Shown: positions 51,413 through 61,839 of the stretch, in pieces
Position numbering within the stretch: position 1 is the stretch's first letter
Layout: each line of letters starts with the position of its first letter
Assembly: GCA_041664445.1 (NCBI GenBank)
Contig: JBAYKT010000005.1
Coordinates: 7,438-71,437 of the forward strand
Reading direction: 5' to 3'
From: Patescibacteria group bacterium
GTDB taxonomy: Bacteria > Patescibacteriota > Patescibacteriia > Patescibacteriales > UBA12465
DNA: 64,000 nt
Position numbers and translations under genes: made by a program
Notes under the pieces: generated by a model
Databases searched by the model: none
Told to the model about the DNA's origin: nothing
Seen by the model: the letters and a program-made list of their open reading frames with translations, nothing else

Positions 51413-52876
51413 TTAATATACTCTATCTTTACAAATTAGACAAGAGCTGAGAACAATAAAACCAATACCCAGCGGGTGGTTTAAATAAGGGGTAAAGATA
51501 TTGAGCGCGGCTAAAAACACCAAAGCGGCCGCCAAGCCCAAATATAAATCACCCTGATTTTTTTTAGCTTTTATAAGCGCGGCCTTAATCAAAACAAAAA
51601 GCAGCCACAAATAAGCTCCTAGGCCCAAAATACCGATTTTTAACCAAATATCCAAATAGCCCCATTCGAAAGCATAGGTTGTATAACGACCGTCAGGATT
51701 ATTTTGGATAACGCGCGGATCACTAGAAATATAAGTAAGGCTGGCGCCAAAACCTTGTCCGGAGATGGGGTTCTTTTTTATTTCCTTAAATAATTCCGGC
51801 AGTAATGACCAACGAGAAACCACGGCCGCTTCTTCAGAATTTCCCAAGCGTCCGGCTAATTGATTATCCAGATTGCCAATCAACTTAGGAGTAACGGCCA
51901 CAATCATTATCATCCCTAAGGCCGCAGTGCTTAGCATCCAAATACCGACAAACAAAGCCTGTTTAAATGAATAAGCGCGCCACACGATAACTAAAGCAGC
52001 CATAATCACCACCGCAAATCCGAACCAGAAGCTGCGCGATAAGCTAATCAGCAGAGTGGCAAAAAATAAAGCCGACAAAATTAGAATAAGCCAATTTTTT
52101 CTATTGAACATTTCTGCCAAACTCTTAAAGGCCGCTGTTTTAAACAATAAAAAGTAATAAGCGATTATTGGGAAAATCTGTGATTGAATAAAGACTCGAT
52201 TCCAGCCGCTAGCCGTTGTCATTTCGCCCACCAAAGTTTTTCGAAGCCAAGCATAAAGCGTCGGCGCGAAGCTAAAATCATTAGAAAATAATCCCAAGAG
52301 AATTAAGGTTTTGAGGGCCACTAAACTGGCGCCAGCCGAAAAGACAATTTTTAATTTTTCTATTTTTAAATCTAAGGCCGCCGCCGGCAGCAGAATCAAA
52401 AAATACAACCAGGCGTTAAAATCTAAAAATATATTCGTCAGTCCATTACGATAAATTAAGCCGGAAATTAAACCGGCAAAAACAAAAATTGCCAAAACAG
52501 AAACCGGCCGCCAAAAAATAAACTTTTTAAGACGGATTAAATATTCCGACCCCGTTCCCTTTTTAACTAATTGGGCGATTAATTTAATAACAAAAATTAA
52601 CATTAGAACCGACCATAGCGCCAAACGCAAAGACAACATTTTCCCGTCCGAATAGGGTAAGTAAAAAAGATAGCCCTTAGAACCGACGATTAGTTCCATT
52701 AAAACAATCAGCAGGCCATTTTCTAGGCTGTAGGCGGTAATAATAATGGTTGCAGCCAAGAGCGCTATAAATACGATTTGGTTAAGCGGCGGGAATAAAA
52801 ATCCCAAAAAAGACAAAGCCTCTAAGGCGCCAAGAACGCCGAGAATAATTAAAATATTTTTCGTAAACTTATTCAT
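51413..52876 (-). CDS. O-antigen ligase-like (Wzy_C) polytopic membrane protein
   Basis: 487 aa, at least 10 TM segments, LISLSRSFWFG loop motif. Confidence 0.55.
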   Translation of the reverse strand: MNKFTKNILIILGVLGALEALSFLGFLFPPLNQIVFIALLAATIIITAYSLENGLLIVLMELIVGSKGYLFYLPYSDGKMLSLRLALWSVLMLIFVIKLIAQLVKKGTGSEYLIRLKKFIFWRPVSVLAIFVFAGLISGLIYRNGLTNIFLDFNAWLYFLILLPAAALDLKIEKLKIVFSAGASLVALKTLILLGLFSNDFSFAPTLYAWLRKTLVGEMTTASGWNRVFIQSQIFPIIAYYFLLFKTAAFKSLAEMFNRKNWLILILSALFFATLLISLSRSFWFGFAVVIMAALVIVWRAYSFKQALFVGIWMLSTAALGMIMIVAVTPKLIGNLDNQLAGRLGNSEEAAVVSRWSLLPELFKEIKKNPISGQGFGASLTYISSDPRVIQNNPDGRYTTYAFEWGYLDIWLKIGILGLGAYLWLLFVLIKAALIKAKKNQGDLYLGLAAALVFLAALNIFTPYLNHPLGIGFIVLSSCLICKDRVY

Positions 52877-52878
52877 GT

Positions 52879-53352
52879 TTATTTAATTATTAATTGATCG
52901 CCAACTTTAATTCCCCAATTTTTAAGCTGACCAGCATTAATTTCCAAAACTAAATCAGCCGGAACTTCGCTCGAATATAAATTTTGTGGGTTAGCGCCTT
53001 CGGGACTTAAATTCTCGTAAATCTTAACAACTTGCCCCTGAGCGCTAAAAACAATGTCTAGCGGGAAAAACATCTCGCGCATTACAAAGGTGCGCTTATC
53101 TAAATCCGGAAAAATAAAGAGCATGCCGCAATCGGTACAAATCTCTGGATGCTTGCTTAAACCATGATAAAGCTGATAGGGCGTCTGCGCGATTTCTACT
53201 TTAACTGGGTGTCCGCCCAAATAAACTTCAGATGTTGTCATTTCACTGACTGGCGGCCATTTAATAAAAGTCCAGGCAATAAACGCTACCAGCAATCCTA
53301 AAATCAAAACGCCGAACAAGAAAAATTTTAGATTTTTTTTCTTAGAGCCCAT
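52879..53352 (-). CDS. DUF192-domain protein
   Basis: GLS....C..CGMLFIF.......F.M..M.FPLDIVF pattern. Confidence 0.6.
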   Translation of the reverse strand: MGSKKKNLKFFLFGVLILGLLVAFIAWTFIKWPPVSEMTTSEVYLGGHPVKVEIAQTPYQLYHGLSKHPEICTDCGMLFIFPDLDKRTFVMREMFFPLDIVFSAQGQVVKIYENLSPEGANPQNLYSSEVPADLVLEINAGQLKNWGIKVGDQLIIK

Positions 53353-54040
53353 GTTTATGTTTTATTATTTCCATTGCCGCTTGATATTTTTTAACTGCTG
53401 GCAAGAATGGGAACATTTTATACGCAAACGAAGGCAACCAGGAACTCATGGTTCCGCCCGGAAGGATTTTAAACAAAACTTGAGGAATCCAAAGACCAAT
53501 TTTTCCATGCTCCAACATAGTCAGCCATAAGTCCCAATCTTGGAATTTCTTGATGCTCTCATCCCAACCGGAGCTAGGGAAATCTTGGCGCCTAATCAAC
53601 GAGAGCGAATGAATATAGGGCTCGCTTTTTAATTGCTCGGGATTGAATTCGTTAAGTTTAAAAAATTTTCTTCCCCAATTAAAAGAAGAATAGGCGTAGC
53701 TAGCTTCCGGGTGCCGCTGTAAATTATCCAGCATTATCTCCAAAGCATTCGGCTCCAGAATTGCGTCGGCATCGCAAAAAACAATAAATTCTCCCTTAGA
53801 AGATTTAAAGCCCAGATTGCGAGCGGCGGGAGCCCCTTGATTAGCCTGATTTAAGAAAAAGAAACGATTATTGCTTTTAGCAGTCTGCAAATAGGAGCTA
53901 GCCAGGGCTTCCGACTTATCACTGGAGCCATCGTTTACAATAATTACTTCAAAATCTTGATATGTTTGATTAATCAAACTGCTTAAAGTTTTGATGATAG
54001 TTTTTTCTCGATTGTATAAAGGAATAATTACCGAAATCAT
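53342..54040 (-). CDS. family 2 glycosyltransferase
   Basis: ISVIIPLYN..KTI...L.SL.NQTY.DFEVIIVNDGSSD. Confidence 0.8.
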   Translation of the reverse strand: MISVIIPLYNREKTIIKTLSSLINQTYQDFEVIIVNDGSSDKSEALASSYLQTAKSNNRFFFLNQANQGAPAARNLGFKSSKGEFIVFCDADAILEPNALEIMLDNLQRHPEASYAYSSFNWGRKFFKLNEFNPEQLKSEPYIHSLSLIRRQDFPSSGWDESIKKFQDWDLWLTMLEHGKIGLWIPQVLFKILPGGTMSSWLPSFAYKMFPFLPAVKKYQAAMEIIKHKHGL

Positions 54041-54049
54041 AATTTTTTA

Positions 54050-55129
54050 TTATTTAATAAATTGACACAATTTTTTTGCCTGAGTATCCCAATCAAATTC
54101 AGTTTGCGCGCGGCTCTTACCTCTAGCCCCTAATTCCTGGCGCAAATTTTTATCTTTGGCTAATTTGATAATCGCCTCTTTAATTTCTGACGGATTATTA
54201 GGATTAACTAAAAGACCGCTGACTAAATGTTTAACCGCATCTTTTACGCCGCCGGAATTTCCGGCAATAACCGGCTTCCCCGCCAAATTAGCCTCTAAAT
54301 AAACAATTCCGAAACCCTCAAAATCGCCGCCTATCTCCCGCGCGGGCATAATAAAGGTGTCACAGGCCTGAAGCCAAGTCCATTTATCCACCTCGGACAA
54401 TTCGCCCAAAAACATAATCCGATCAGCCAGTGGCGAACTCTTGGCTAAGTCCCGTAAATATTTTTCTTGCTCACCGCTACCGATAATAAAATATTTGGGT
54501 CTTAGTTGCTGGACTTCAATATCAGAAAAAGAATTAATCACCGCGTCCACCCCTTTTCTTAAAGTTAAGCGGCCGATAGTCAATAAAGTAAAGGAGTCTT
54601 CTAAACGAAAACTCTCTCTTAATTTTTGTACTTTCTGAGAATTAGACAATAAGGCGAGCGGTTCAATGCCCGGATTAACAACTCTGACTTTAAATTCCAA
54701 TTTAGAATTAAAATCAACAACCATCTGGGCGACTCGGGAATTAGCGCAAATTATTTTATCAGCGCCACCCAAGATTAAACGTGTTAGAAAACGCTTGCGG
54801 AAATAAGCAACGCTGTTGGAAAAATCTAAACCGTGAAGAATGACGCCGTATTTAAAAGGCTTTATTCTAGATGCTAAATAAGCGGCCGTTCCTAGGGGTA
54901 AGATATGGCCGACTAAAAGATAATCAAAGCCATCAATCTTTTTACGGCTAAGAATTTTACCGATGACGCCGCGCCAAGCGAAAACACCCTTTTTAAGTAG
55001 AGCGCCCCGATTATTGTTAATTACTTCAATCTTCTCCTCCCAAGGCCAATACTTAACCAGGTTGGCATAATAATTGGCTACCCCGCCCTTAAAGGGAGGA
55101 AATTCTAAAGTTAAAAGTAAAGTTTTCAT
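54050..55129 (-). CDS. family 4 (GT-B) glycosyltransferase
   Basis: EGFGIVYLEANLAGKPVIAGNSGG E-x7-E region. Confidence 0.8.
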   Translation of the reverse strand: MKTLLLTLEFPPFKGGVANYYANLVKYWPWEEKIEVINNNRGALLKKGVFAWRGVIGKILSRKKIDGFDYLLVGHILPLGTAAYLASRIKPFKYGVILHGLDFSNSVAYFRKRFLTRLILGGADKIICANSRVAQMVVDFNSKLEFKVRVVNPGIEPLALLSNSQKVQKLRESFRLEDSFTLLTIGRLTLRKGVDAVINSFSDIEVQQLRPKYFIIGSGEQEKYLRDLAKSSPLADRIMFLGELSEVDKWTWLQACDTFIMPAREIGGDFEGFGIVYLEANLAGKPVIAGNSGGVKDAVKHLVSGLLVNPNNPSEIKEAIIKLAKDKNLRQELGARGKSRAQTEFDWDTQAKKLCQFIK

Positions 55130-56559
55130 AACTTAAACGATTTTAAAACACTGCTAACATCATCTTTTTTGAAACCGCCAAGCAAATATAAAAAATAAAA
55201 ATATAAAATCCCGCCCGTAGGAATCAAAATTAAAATATGGATATACTCTTTGCCGAAAAAGATTAAAGCACCCATAATTCCGGAGGCGACCAAAGATTTT
55301 AACAAAACCATCAAATTTTTAAACGGACGGTAATCAATAATTTGGTTAATAGCCATTAACCCCAAAATAAACATTAGAAGGCTGCTTAAAAGCACGGTAA
55401 TACTGGCGCCGACTGCCTGAAAGCGTGGGATTAAAATAAGATTTAAAATAACACTGAAAACGGTGACAATCCCCATATTAAGCGTATTGCGCTTTTGACG
55501 GTCACAAGCATTAAGCAGGGCGCCGATGGGAAAATTTATAAAAATAAAAAACAAAGCAACCATTGATATCTGCAAAGGCAAAACCGCAGTGCCAAATCCC
55601 GATTTAAATAGTAAAACTATTTTATCGGCCAATAACAAAACGCCGATAATGAGCGGCCAAGAAATAATGCTTAAATAGTTTAAAGCCCGTTCAAAAGAAA
55701 CCGCTAACTGCTGCCGATTGCTTTGCCAATAGGAGCTCATGGCCGGATAAAGCGAGGCGGTAAAGGCCATAGGTAAAAACTGCAAAGCAAAAATTATCTT
55801 AAAAGCGATTTGATAAAGACCGACTTGGACATCGCCCGCGAAGAAAGCTAATAAAACTGAATCCAGATAGGTATATAATCTTTGAAAAACAGCGAACAGA
55901 GCAAAGGGCCAGCTGATATTAATAATCATTTTGATAATCGGTTTATCATAAATGATTCTAATCGCAATCTTTAGCTTATAAGTAATAATGCTAAAAGAAT
56001 AAATGAAGTTATACAGGCTCGCCAAAGCTAGAGCGGCCATCGCCGGAATCAAGCCACCGCCCATCAATAAAGCGCCATAGCCGATGAACAAGACGATGAG
56101 CTGAAAGATTATTGAAGAAATGCTCTCATATTTCAAATTATGGAAGCCGCGCGCCGTGGAAAAGAAGGTCAAAGTAAAGGAGTCCAAAACCATGGAGATG
56201 CAAGAAATATAAACCAATAGCTTAACAAAGGGGTCATAATGAAGAATATTAATTAACCCCAAAACAGCCAGAATAGAAATTAAAGCTAAAGGTAGCTTCA
56301 GACCTAAGACATTACCCAAAAGACGCTGGGCCTTAGACTGATCCTTGGCGATTTCCCGAGTCAAAACGTTGGCAAACCCTAAATCAATAAAAATCGCAAA
56401 AATAGTCGTGAAGGAGATGGCGAAATAATATTTCCCTAAGTCTGCCGGACCCAAATAACGAGCCAGGAGCGTAAAATAGGCAAAAGAAATGACCTTTTGC
56501 ATAACTAAGGCCAAGGTCAAATATGATGTATTTTTAGCAATATTATGTATTTTTGGCAT
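55126..56559 (-). CDS. Wzx-like polysaccharide flippase (MOP superfamily)
   Basis: 477 aa, about 14 TM segments. ATGA overlap with the GT4 gene. Confidence 0.7.
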   Translation of the reverse strand: MPKIHNIAKNTSYLTLALVMQKVISFAYFTLLARYLGPADLGKYYFAISFTTIFAIFIDLGFANVLTREIAKDQSKAQRLLGNVLGLKLPLALISILAVLGLINILHYDPFVKLLVYISCISMVLDSFTLTFFSTARGFHNLKYESISSIIFQLIVLFIGYGALLMGGGLIPAMAALALASLYNFIYSFSIITYKLKIAIRIIYDKPIIKMIINISWPFALFAVFQRLYTYLDSVLLAFFAGDVQVGLYQIAFKIIFALQFLPMAFTASLYPAMSSYWQSNRQQLAVSFERALNYLSIISWPLIIGVLLLADKIVLLFKSGFGTAVLPLQISMVALFFIFINFPIGALLNACDRQKRNTLNMGIVTVFSVILNLILIPRFQAVGASITVLLSSLLMFILGLMAINQIIDYRPFKNLMVLLKSLVASGIMGALIFFGKEYIHILILIPTGGILYFYFLYLLGGFKKDDVSSVLKSFKL

Positions 56560-56708
56560 AAAAAGAGGCTTCTCTAAACTGGGTCAACACCTATCAGGCA
56601 GCTATTGATTAAATTTAAAAGTTATGATAGCATAACAATACCATAAAATAAAGATAATTAATAGATGAAATTTTATTTAAAATTGATAAAATTTTTTTAT
56701 TTTCACGT

Positions 56709-57041
56709 ATGAAAAGCAATATCCATCCTAAGTATTACTCAGACTGCAAAGTAAGTTGCGTTTGCGGAAACACCTTTACAACCGGCTCTACCGAACCGGA
56801 AATTAAAGTTGAACTTTGTTCCGCTTGCCATCCTTTCTATACCGGCAAACAAAAATTAGTTGACACTGCCCGCCGCGTTGAAAAATTTGAAGCTAAAGTT
56901 TCCGCTAAGGGAGCTGACAGCGAACAGAAAGGTAAGAAAGTTAAACGCGCTAAAAGAGCCGTTGAAAGAGCCAAAAAAGAAGTTGTTGTTAAAACCAAAG
57001 ATATCAAGAAAATCGCTCAAGTTACTCTGAATAAAAAATAG
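56709..57041 (+). CDS. rpmE: 50S ribosomal protein bL31 (Zn-ribbon type) with ~40-aa Lys-rich C-terminal extension
   Basis: [10 protein letters not shown]...CVCGN.F.T......[14 protein letters not shown]. Confidence 0.9.
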   Translation: MKSNIHPKYYSDCKVSCVCGNTFTTGSTEPEIKVELCSACHPFYTGKQKLVDTARRVEKFEAKVSAKGADSEQKGKKVKRAKRAVERAKKEVVVKTKDIKKIAQVTLNKK

Positions 57042-57164
57042 CAAAAGCCAAAAAAGCAATCAGCTTTAATTATTAAGCATATTTATGCTAAAATAGTTAT
57101 AATTGATTGCTTTTTTGTTAGCTAAACTAAGAATTTGGAGTTAAATAAAGCTATTTACAAAAAT

Positions 57165-58220
57165 ATGTACGAAAATATCAAACAAAAATTTGCGGAACTG
57201 GAACAGGAATTATCTAATCCTGATTTAGGAAAAGACAAGGACAAAATGATAAAAATATCCCAAGAACATGCCGGTCTTAAAAGAGCGCTTAATTTGATAA
57301 ACGAACTAGAAAAAATAAACGCCAACATCTCTCAAGATAAGGAAGTAATCGCCAGCGGCGACCAAGAATTAAAAGCGATGGCCGAAGAAGAACTGGGCGG
57401 ACTGGAAGAAAGAGCGGAAAAATTAAAAGAAGAACTAGATGAAGAAATAAATCCCTCCAGTCCCAATGATAAAAAAAATGCCATTTTGGAAATTCGCGCC
57501 GGAGCTGGCGGTGATGAAGCCGCCTTATTTGCCGGCGACCTATTTAGAATGTATGCCCGTTATTGCGAGCGCCAGGGCTGGAAAATGGAACTGATTGATT
57601 CGAGCGTTTTAGGCATTGGCGGCTATAAAGAAATAATCTTTACGGTTAAAGGCCAGGGTGTTTATGGCCTCTTAAAATTCGAAGCCGGAACCCATCGGGT
57701 GCAACGCGTTCCGGAAACCGAAAAACAAGGACGTGTCCACACTTCAACCGCGACGGTCGTTGTTTTGCCGGAAGCTGAAGAAATTGATATTGAAATTAAA
57801 GCCGCCGACATTCGCATTGATACCTTTTGTTCCAGCGGTCCGGGCGGACAAAGCGTTAATACGACTTATTCAGCCATCCGCGTTTTACATATTCCGACCG
57901 GCATTATTGTCAGTTGCCAAGACCAAAAATCTCAACATCAAAATAAGGAACAAGCGCTTAAAGTTTTACGCTCCCGCATTTTAGCCAAACAAGAAGAAGA
58001 GCGAATGGCCAGTGAATCCAGCGCTCGTAAAAATCAGGTTGGCGGTGGCGATCGCTCGGATAAAGTAAGGACTTATAATTTCCCGCAAGATAGAGTAACC
58101 GACCATCGTATCAATGAATCCTGGCACAGCATTACCAGAATTATGGACGGTGAAATCGGCGAAATTGTCACTTCTCTTAAAAAGGCCGCCAAAGCCGAAA
58201 GCGACGCCGCAAAATCATGA
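57165..58220 (+). CDS. prfA: peptide chain release factor 1
   Basis: GGQ motif (SGPGGQSVNTT), P-x-T tripeptide (PET). Start set at MYENIKQKF, though the ORF could start at TTG 57135. Confidence 0.9.
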   Translation: MYENIKQKFAELEQELSNPDLGKDKDKMIKISQEHAGLKRALNLINELEKINANISQDKEVIASGDQELKAMAEEELGGLEERAEKLKEELDEEINPSSPNDKKNAILEIRAGAGGDEAALFAGDLFRMYARYCERQGWKMELIDSSVLGIGGYKEIIFTVKGQGVYGLLKFEAGTHRVQRVPETEKQGRVHTSTATVVVLPEAEEIDIEIKAADIRIDTFCSSGPGGQSVNTTYSAIRVLHIPTGIIVSCQDQKSQHQNKEQALKVLRSRILAKQEEERMASESSARKNQVGGGDRSDKVRTYNFPQDRVTDHRINESWHSITRIMDGEIGEIVTSLKKAAKAESDAAKS

Positions 58221-59083
58221 ACATTAAGGAACTAATCCAAGAATCAAAACTTCCCCAAGCTGAAGCTGAAACTCTGCTCGCTTTTTTAATGGCTAAACCG
58301 CGAGAGTTTATAATCGTTCATGAAAAAGATATTTTAGCGCCCGCGCTAATTAAAAAATTTAAAACCGCCGCCAAAAAACGCCTGGATAACTGGCCACTCG
58401 CCTATTTAACGGGTCATAAAGAATTTTATAGCTTAGATTTTAAAGTTAACAAAAATGTCCTAGTTCCCCGCCCGGAAACAGAGATGCTGGTCGAAATTCT
58501 TTTAAAATACGCCCGGCAGCAAAAAAGCGGCTTAGATTTTCTGGATATTGGCACCGGTTCCGGCGCTATTATTATTACGCTCGCCCATGAACTAAAAAAA
58601 GAGGCAGACACGCTTTTTGACGCTTCCAGTTTTTTAGGTTTAGATATCTCTAAACCCGCGCTAACAGTTGCTCGCCAGAACGCCAAAAACAACAACTTAA
58701 ATAAAAAGATTGCTTTCTTAGAAAGCAATCTACTGCAGAATATCCCGAAAAAATCTTTAAAAAATTCACATTTAATAATCGCCGCCAATCTCCCCTACTT
58801 AACGCCTAAACAAACAAGCGAAGAACCGAGCATCCGCCGTGAGCCTAAATTAGCGCTGGAAGGCGGACCGGATGGCTTGAAATATTATCGGCAGTTATTT
58901 AAGCAGCTCAAAGCGATAAACCCCAGCTCCCTATTTTTAATTTGCGAAATTAATCCCGAACAGGCCGACGGTATCAAGCTTGAGGCGCAAAAAATCTGGC
59001 TGAAAGCGCGCCTGAAAATAGTCAAAGATTTAAGCGGACGAAAAAGATTTCTCACAGTTAGTCAAACCAACATTCACCAATAA
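58217..59083 (+). CDS. prmC: release-factor glutamine N5-methyltransferase PrmC/HemK
   Basis: SAM motif LDIGTGSGAI, catalytic tetrapeptide NLPY (variant of NPPY). ATGA overlap with prfA. Confidence 0.8.
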   Translation: MNIKELIQESKLPQAEAETLLAFLMAKPREFIIVHEKDILAPALIKKFKTAAKKRLDNWPLAYLTGHKEFYSLDFKVNKNVLVPRPETEMLVEILLKYARQQKSGLDFLDIGTGSGAIIITLAHELKKEADTLFDASSFLGLDISKPALTVARQNAKNNNLNKKIAFLESNLLQNIPKKSLKNSHLIIAANLPYLTPKQTSEEPSIRREPKLALEGGPDGLKYYRQLFKQLKAINPSSLFLICEINPEQADGIKLEAQKIWLKARLKIVKDLSGRKRFLTVSQTNIHQ

Positions 59084-59112
59084 AAAACTCCGATATTCTC
59101 GGAGTTTTTTTA
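59082..59112. terminator. bidirectional terminator
   Basis: A6-CTCCGA-N5-TCGGAG-T7. Confidence 0.8.
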
Positions 59113-59129
59113 TACTTAACGATTCAATG

Positions 59130-59744
59130 TTATTTTTTTCCACCTTCAGCTGGGGCAGCGGCTGGAGCAGCGGCTGGAGCGACGGTTTCTGCCGGCTTCT
59201 CTTCTTCAACCTTTGGTCTCATAACCATAGCGACGATTGTTTCACCATCGGCGCTAATTTCCAAACCTTTAGGAATGTTTAAATCAGAAATTTTAATGAC
59301 ATCTTCAAAGTCATTAAAGACGGAAACATCGACATCAATATGATCGACTAAATCGCTAGGCAGACATTCAACTTCAATTTCATGAATTTCTTTGTTAAGC
59401 ATGCCGCCCATCTCTCTTACTACTTTAGACTCGCCAATAAAGTGCAAAGGAATTTCCGCATTAACTTTTTCTTTCATGTTAACTTGATAAAAATCAACAT
59501 GATTAATAAAATTCTTAAGCGGATCCTTTTGGATATCCTTAACAAGAACATTAACGGCCATAGCGCCGGCTTCCAACTTAATAAGGTTTGATTCGCCAGC
59601 GGCGGTAAATACCTTAATAAAATCAGCCGCCTTTAATTTGAGGCTCTGGGTCTCTATCCCCTTGCCATATAAAACCGCTGATAAATAATCTTTATCTAAC
59701 TTTTCATTTTTTTCACGCTTTTGCGCGGATAATTTTAACTCCAT
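59130..59744 (-). CDS. rplY: 50S ribosomal protein bL25 (Ctc form)
   Basis: 204 aa. L25 N-domain (..YLSAVLYGKG...) plus Ctc C-domain and an Ala/Pro tail. Confidence 0.85.
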   Translation of the reverse strand: MELKLSAQKREKNEKLDKDYLSAVLYGKGIETQSLKLKAADFIKVFTAAGESNLIKLEAGAMAVNVLVKDIQKDPLKNFINHVDFYQVNMKEKVNAEIPLHFIGESKVVREMGGMLNKEIHEIEVECLPSDLVDHIDVDVSVFNDFEDVIKISDLNIPKGLEISADGETIVAMVMRPKVEEEKPAETVAPAAAPAAAPAEGGKK

Positions 59745-59748
59745 AAAT

Positions 59749-60855
59749 TTAATATCTAGTTTTTGATTTAATGATGATATTTTGCATAATTCCTACAATT
59801 ATCATTAAAGATAAGAGCGAACTTCCCCCATAGCTGATAAATGGCAGCGGTAAACCAACAACGGGCATAATGCCTAAGTTCATACCAATATTAATAAACA
59901 TTTGGATAAAAATCAAGCCGCTGGCCCCAATTAAAAAATAAATCCCAAAATCATTGTTGATTTTCTTCAAAATCGAAAAACAACGGAAAAAGAGGATAAA
60001 ATAGAAAGACAGAACCAGACTAACACCCAAAAATCCTAATTCTTCAGAAATAACGGCAAAAATGAAATCATTTTGCGCTTCCGGCAAAAATTTAAGCTGC
60101 GATTGCGAACCGAAACCGACACCTTTACCGGTTATCCCTCCCGAGCCGATGGCAATTATTGCTTGCGAAATATTATAACCGGATTCTAAAGAATTGGCCG
60201 TCGGGGAGACAAAAGTCATGATCCGCTCCTTTTGATAGTCCTTAAAGAAGAAAAACCAGGCCGAGCTGAATAAAATAACGGCGGCTAAACCGATAGCCAA
60301 AAAATACTTTAAATTAAAATCAGCCGCCATAATCAAAACTATCCAAATCGCGCTTAAAATCAAAGCGGAGCCAAAATCCGGCTGCATCAGGACCAAGCCG
60401 ACAAAGACTAAAGTATAACCCGCGGAAATAAAAAAATTCTTAGTAGTTTTAATTTTGGTCGCCAAGCCGGAAAAATAATTAGCGAGAAATAAAATTAAAA
60501 TTATTTTAATAAATTCCACCGGCTGCAGACTAAATCCGGCAACATTGAACCAGCCCTTAGTGCCTCTGATAGTTTCTCCAAAAATTAATACGGACAACAG
60601 AAAGATTACCCCAAAAAAGAATAAATAACGACTAATACTTTTTAAAAAGTAATAATCAATAAAAGAAAAGGTAATCAATAAAACAAAGCCCAAAATTACA
60701 AAAAATATTTGCTTATGAAAATTGAGTAAATCCAGGCTTTCTCGTCCCAAAGCGACGCTATAAATTTCCACTAAACCAAAACTGACCAGCAACAGGACGG
60801 CGGCCATGATAATCCAATCAAAATTATAGAAATGAGACTTTAAACGGTTAAACAT
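59749..60855 (-). CDS. SEDS-family peptidoglycan polymerase (FtsW/RodA)
   Basis: 368 aa, 10 TM segments, QPDFGSAL, LPEAQNDFIFA and PFISYGGSS motifs. Confidence 0.85.
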   Translation of the reverse strand: MFNRLKSHFYNFDWIIMAAVLLLVSFGLVEIYSVALGRESLDLLNFHKQIFFVILGFVLLITFSFIDYYFLKSISRYLFFFGVIFLLSVLIFGETIRGTKGWFNVAGFSLQPVEFIKIILILFLANYFSGLATKIKTTKNFFISAGYTLVFVGLVLMQPDFGSALILSAIWIVLIMAADFNLKYFLAIGLAAVILFSSAWFFFFKDYQKERIMTFVSPTANSLESGYNISQAIIAIGSGGITGKGVGFGSQSQLKFLPEAQNDFIFAVISEELGFLGVSLVLSFYFILFFRCFSILKKINNDFGIYFLIGASGLIFIQMFINIGMNLGIMPVVGLPLPFISYGGSSLLSLMIIVGIMQNIIIKSKTRY

Positions 60856-60856
60856 A

Positions 60857-61747
60857 TTAATTACCGGAACCCTGATACTTCAAATAAATGGCATTATCAT
60901 TAATATTCAGACGCGGGCTAATCTCTACACGGCTAATAGATTCCGACTCCCCCGCCCAACTGAGCTTAATGTCCCGGCTCTCACCGGCCAAAAAATTAGC
61001 GGCCACGCTGCGCTCCACTCCTACCAAACGCGAACCGGAATAAAATAAAATATCAAATGGCACTTCATAGTAGCTATAAGGGCTATTATTAACCACACGA
61101 AAATCCAAACTATTAAGTCTTAGATTTTCGGATAAACCGCTGCGAGAAGCGCTTAAAAAATTAATATCGGAAATTGTAAAATTGAGACGCGCATTATAAT
61201 AGACCTGCCAATCAGGAATAACTCGCTTATTTACTCGGCTCCAAAAAATATCTTTTACCTGAAAAACGGGATTAACATTAGTGGCATTAATCTTTAATCC
61301 CAGCGCCATTACATGTTTTTGTTCGGCAGGCAAAATGAAAGAATGGCCACAATAGACCTCGGCATCGGCTTGCAGGAAACAATAATCAAATTCGGCCGAA
61401 AAACTGTCATTCGGATTCTTAAGTAAAACCGCTAAATCATAGCTGTCGTTATTTTTAAAGACTTCTACCGGCGCGGCGGCCATCTCGGTAACGACGTTAC
61501 GCGGTGAAGTAACTTGAGTTTCGGTTTGGTTATCAACTGCGCCGCTCAAGAAATACATAATATAGTTATAGGTAGAATAAACAAAAAAGAAAGCAGAAAC
61601 CACAATTAAAAAAATGGTTAGGGCCTTGGTCATCGCTTTGCGATGCTCGGAAAACCACAGACCGAGATTCATTTCACTAATCGTCAGTCCGCCCAAATCA
61701 TGATATTTTTTTAAATTAATATCGTCTTTATTTTTATCTTTTTCCAT
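60857..61747 (-). CDS. hypothetical single-pass membrane protein
   Basis: 296 aa, one TM (ALTIFLIVVSAFFFVY), beta-rich ectodomain. Confidence 0.45.
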   Translation of the reverse strand: MEKDKNKDDINLKKYHDLGGLTISEMNLGLWFSEHRKAMTKALTIFLIVVSAFFFVYSTYNYIMYFLSGAVDNQTETQVTSPRNVVTEMAAAPVEVFKNNDSYDLAVLLKNPNDSFSAEFDYCFLQADAEVYCGHSFILPAEQKHVMALGLKINATNVNPVFQVKDIFWSRVNKRVIPDWQVYYNARLNFTISDINFLSASRSGLSENLRLNSLDFRVVNNSPYSYYEVPFDILFYSGSRLVGVERSVAANFLAGESRDIKLSWAGESESISRVEISPRLNINDNAIYLKYQGSGN

Positions 61748-61839
61748 ACTTATGTTATAATATCTATATAATTTAGACTTCTAAATTTAGCTAATTACTA
61801 ATTCAATAATAGCATATTAGCCATAATTTATAAATATAT

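Noticed and set aside
57135-58220. Possibility of an alternative genetic code (UGA recoding), since only RF1 is seen and the lineage looks CPR-like
   Set aside because: TGA terminates several well-supported genes here, for example 1318..1764, 37712..38398 and prfA itself. Code 11 therefore applies, and RF2 is presumably encoded outside the window.
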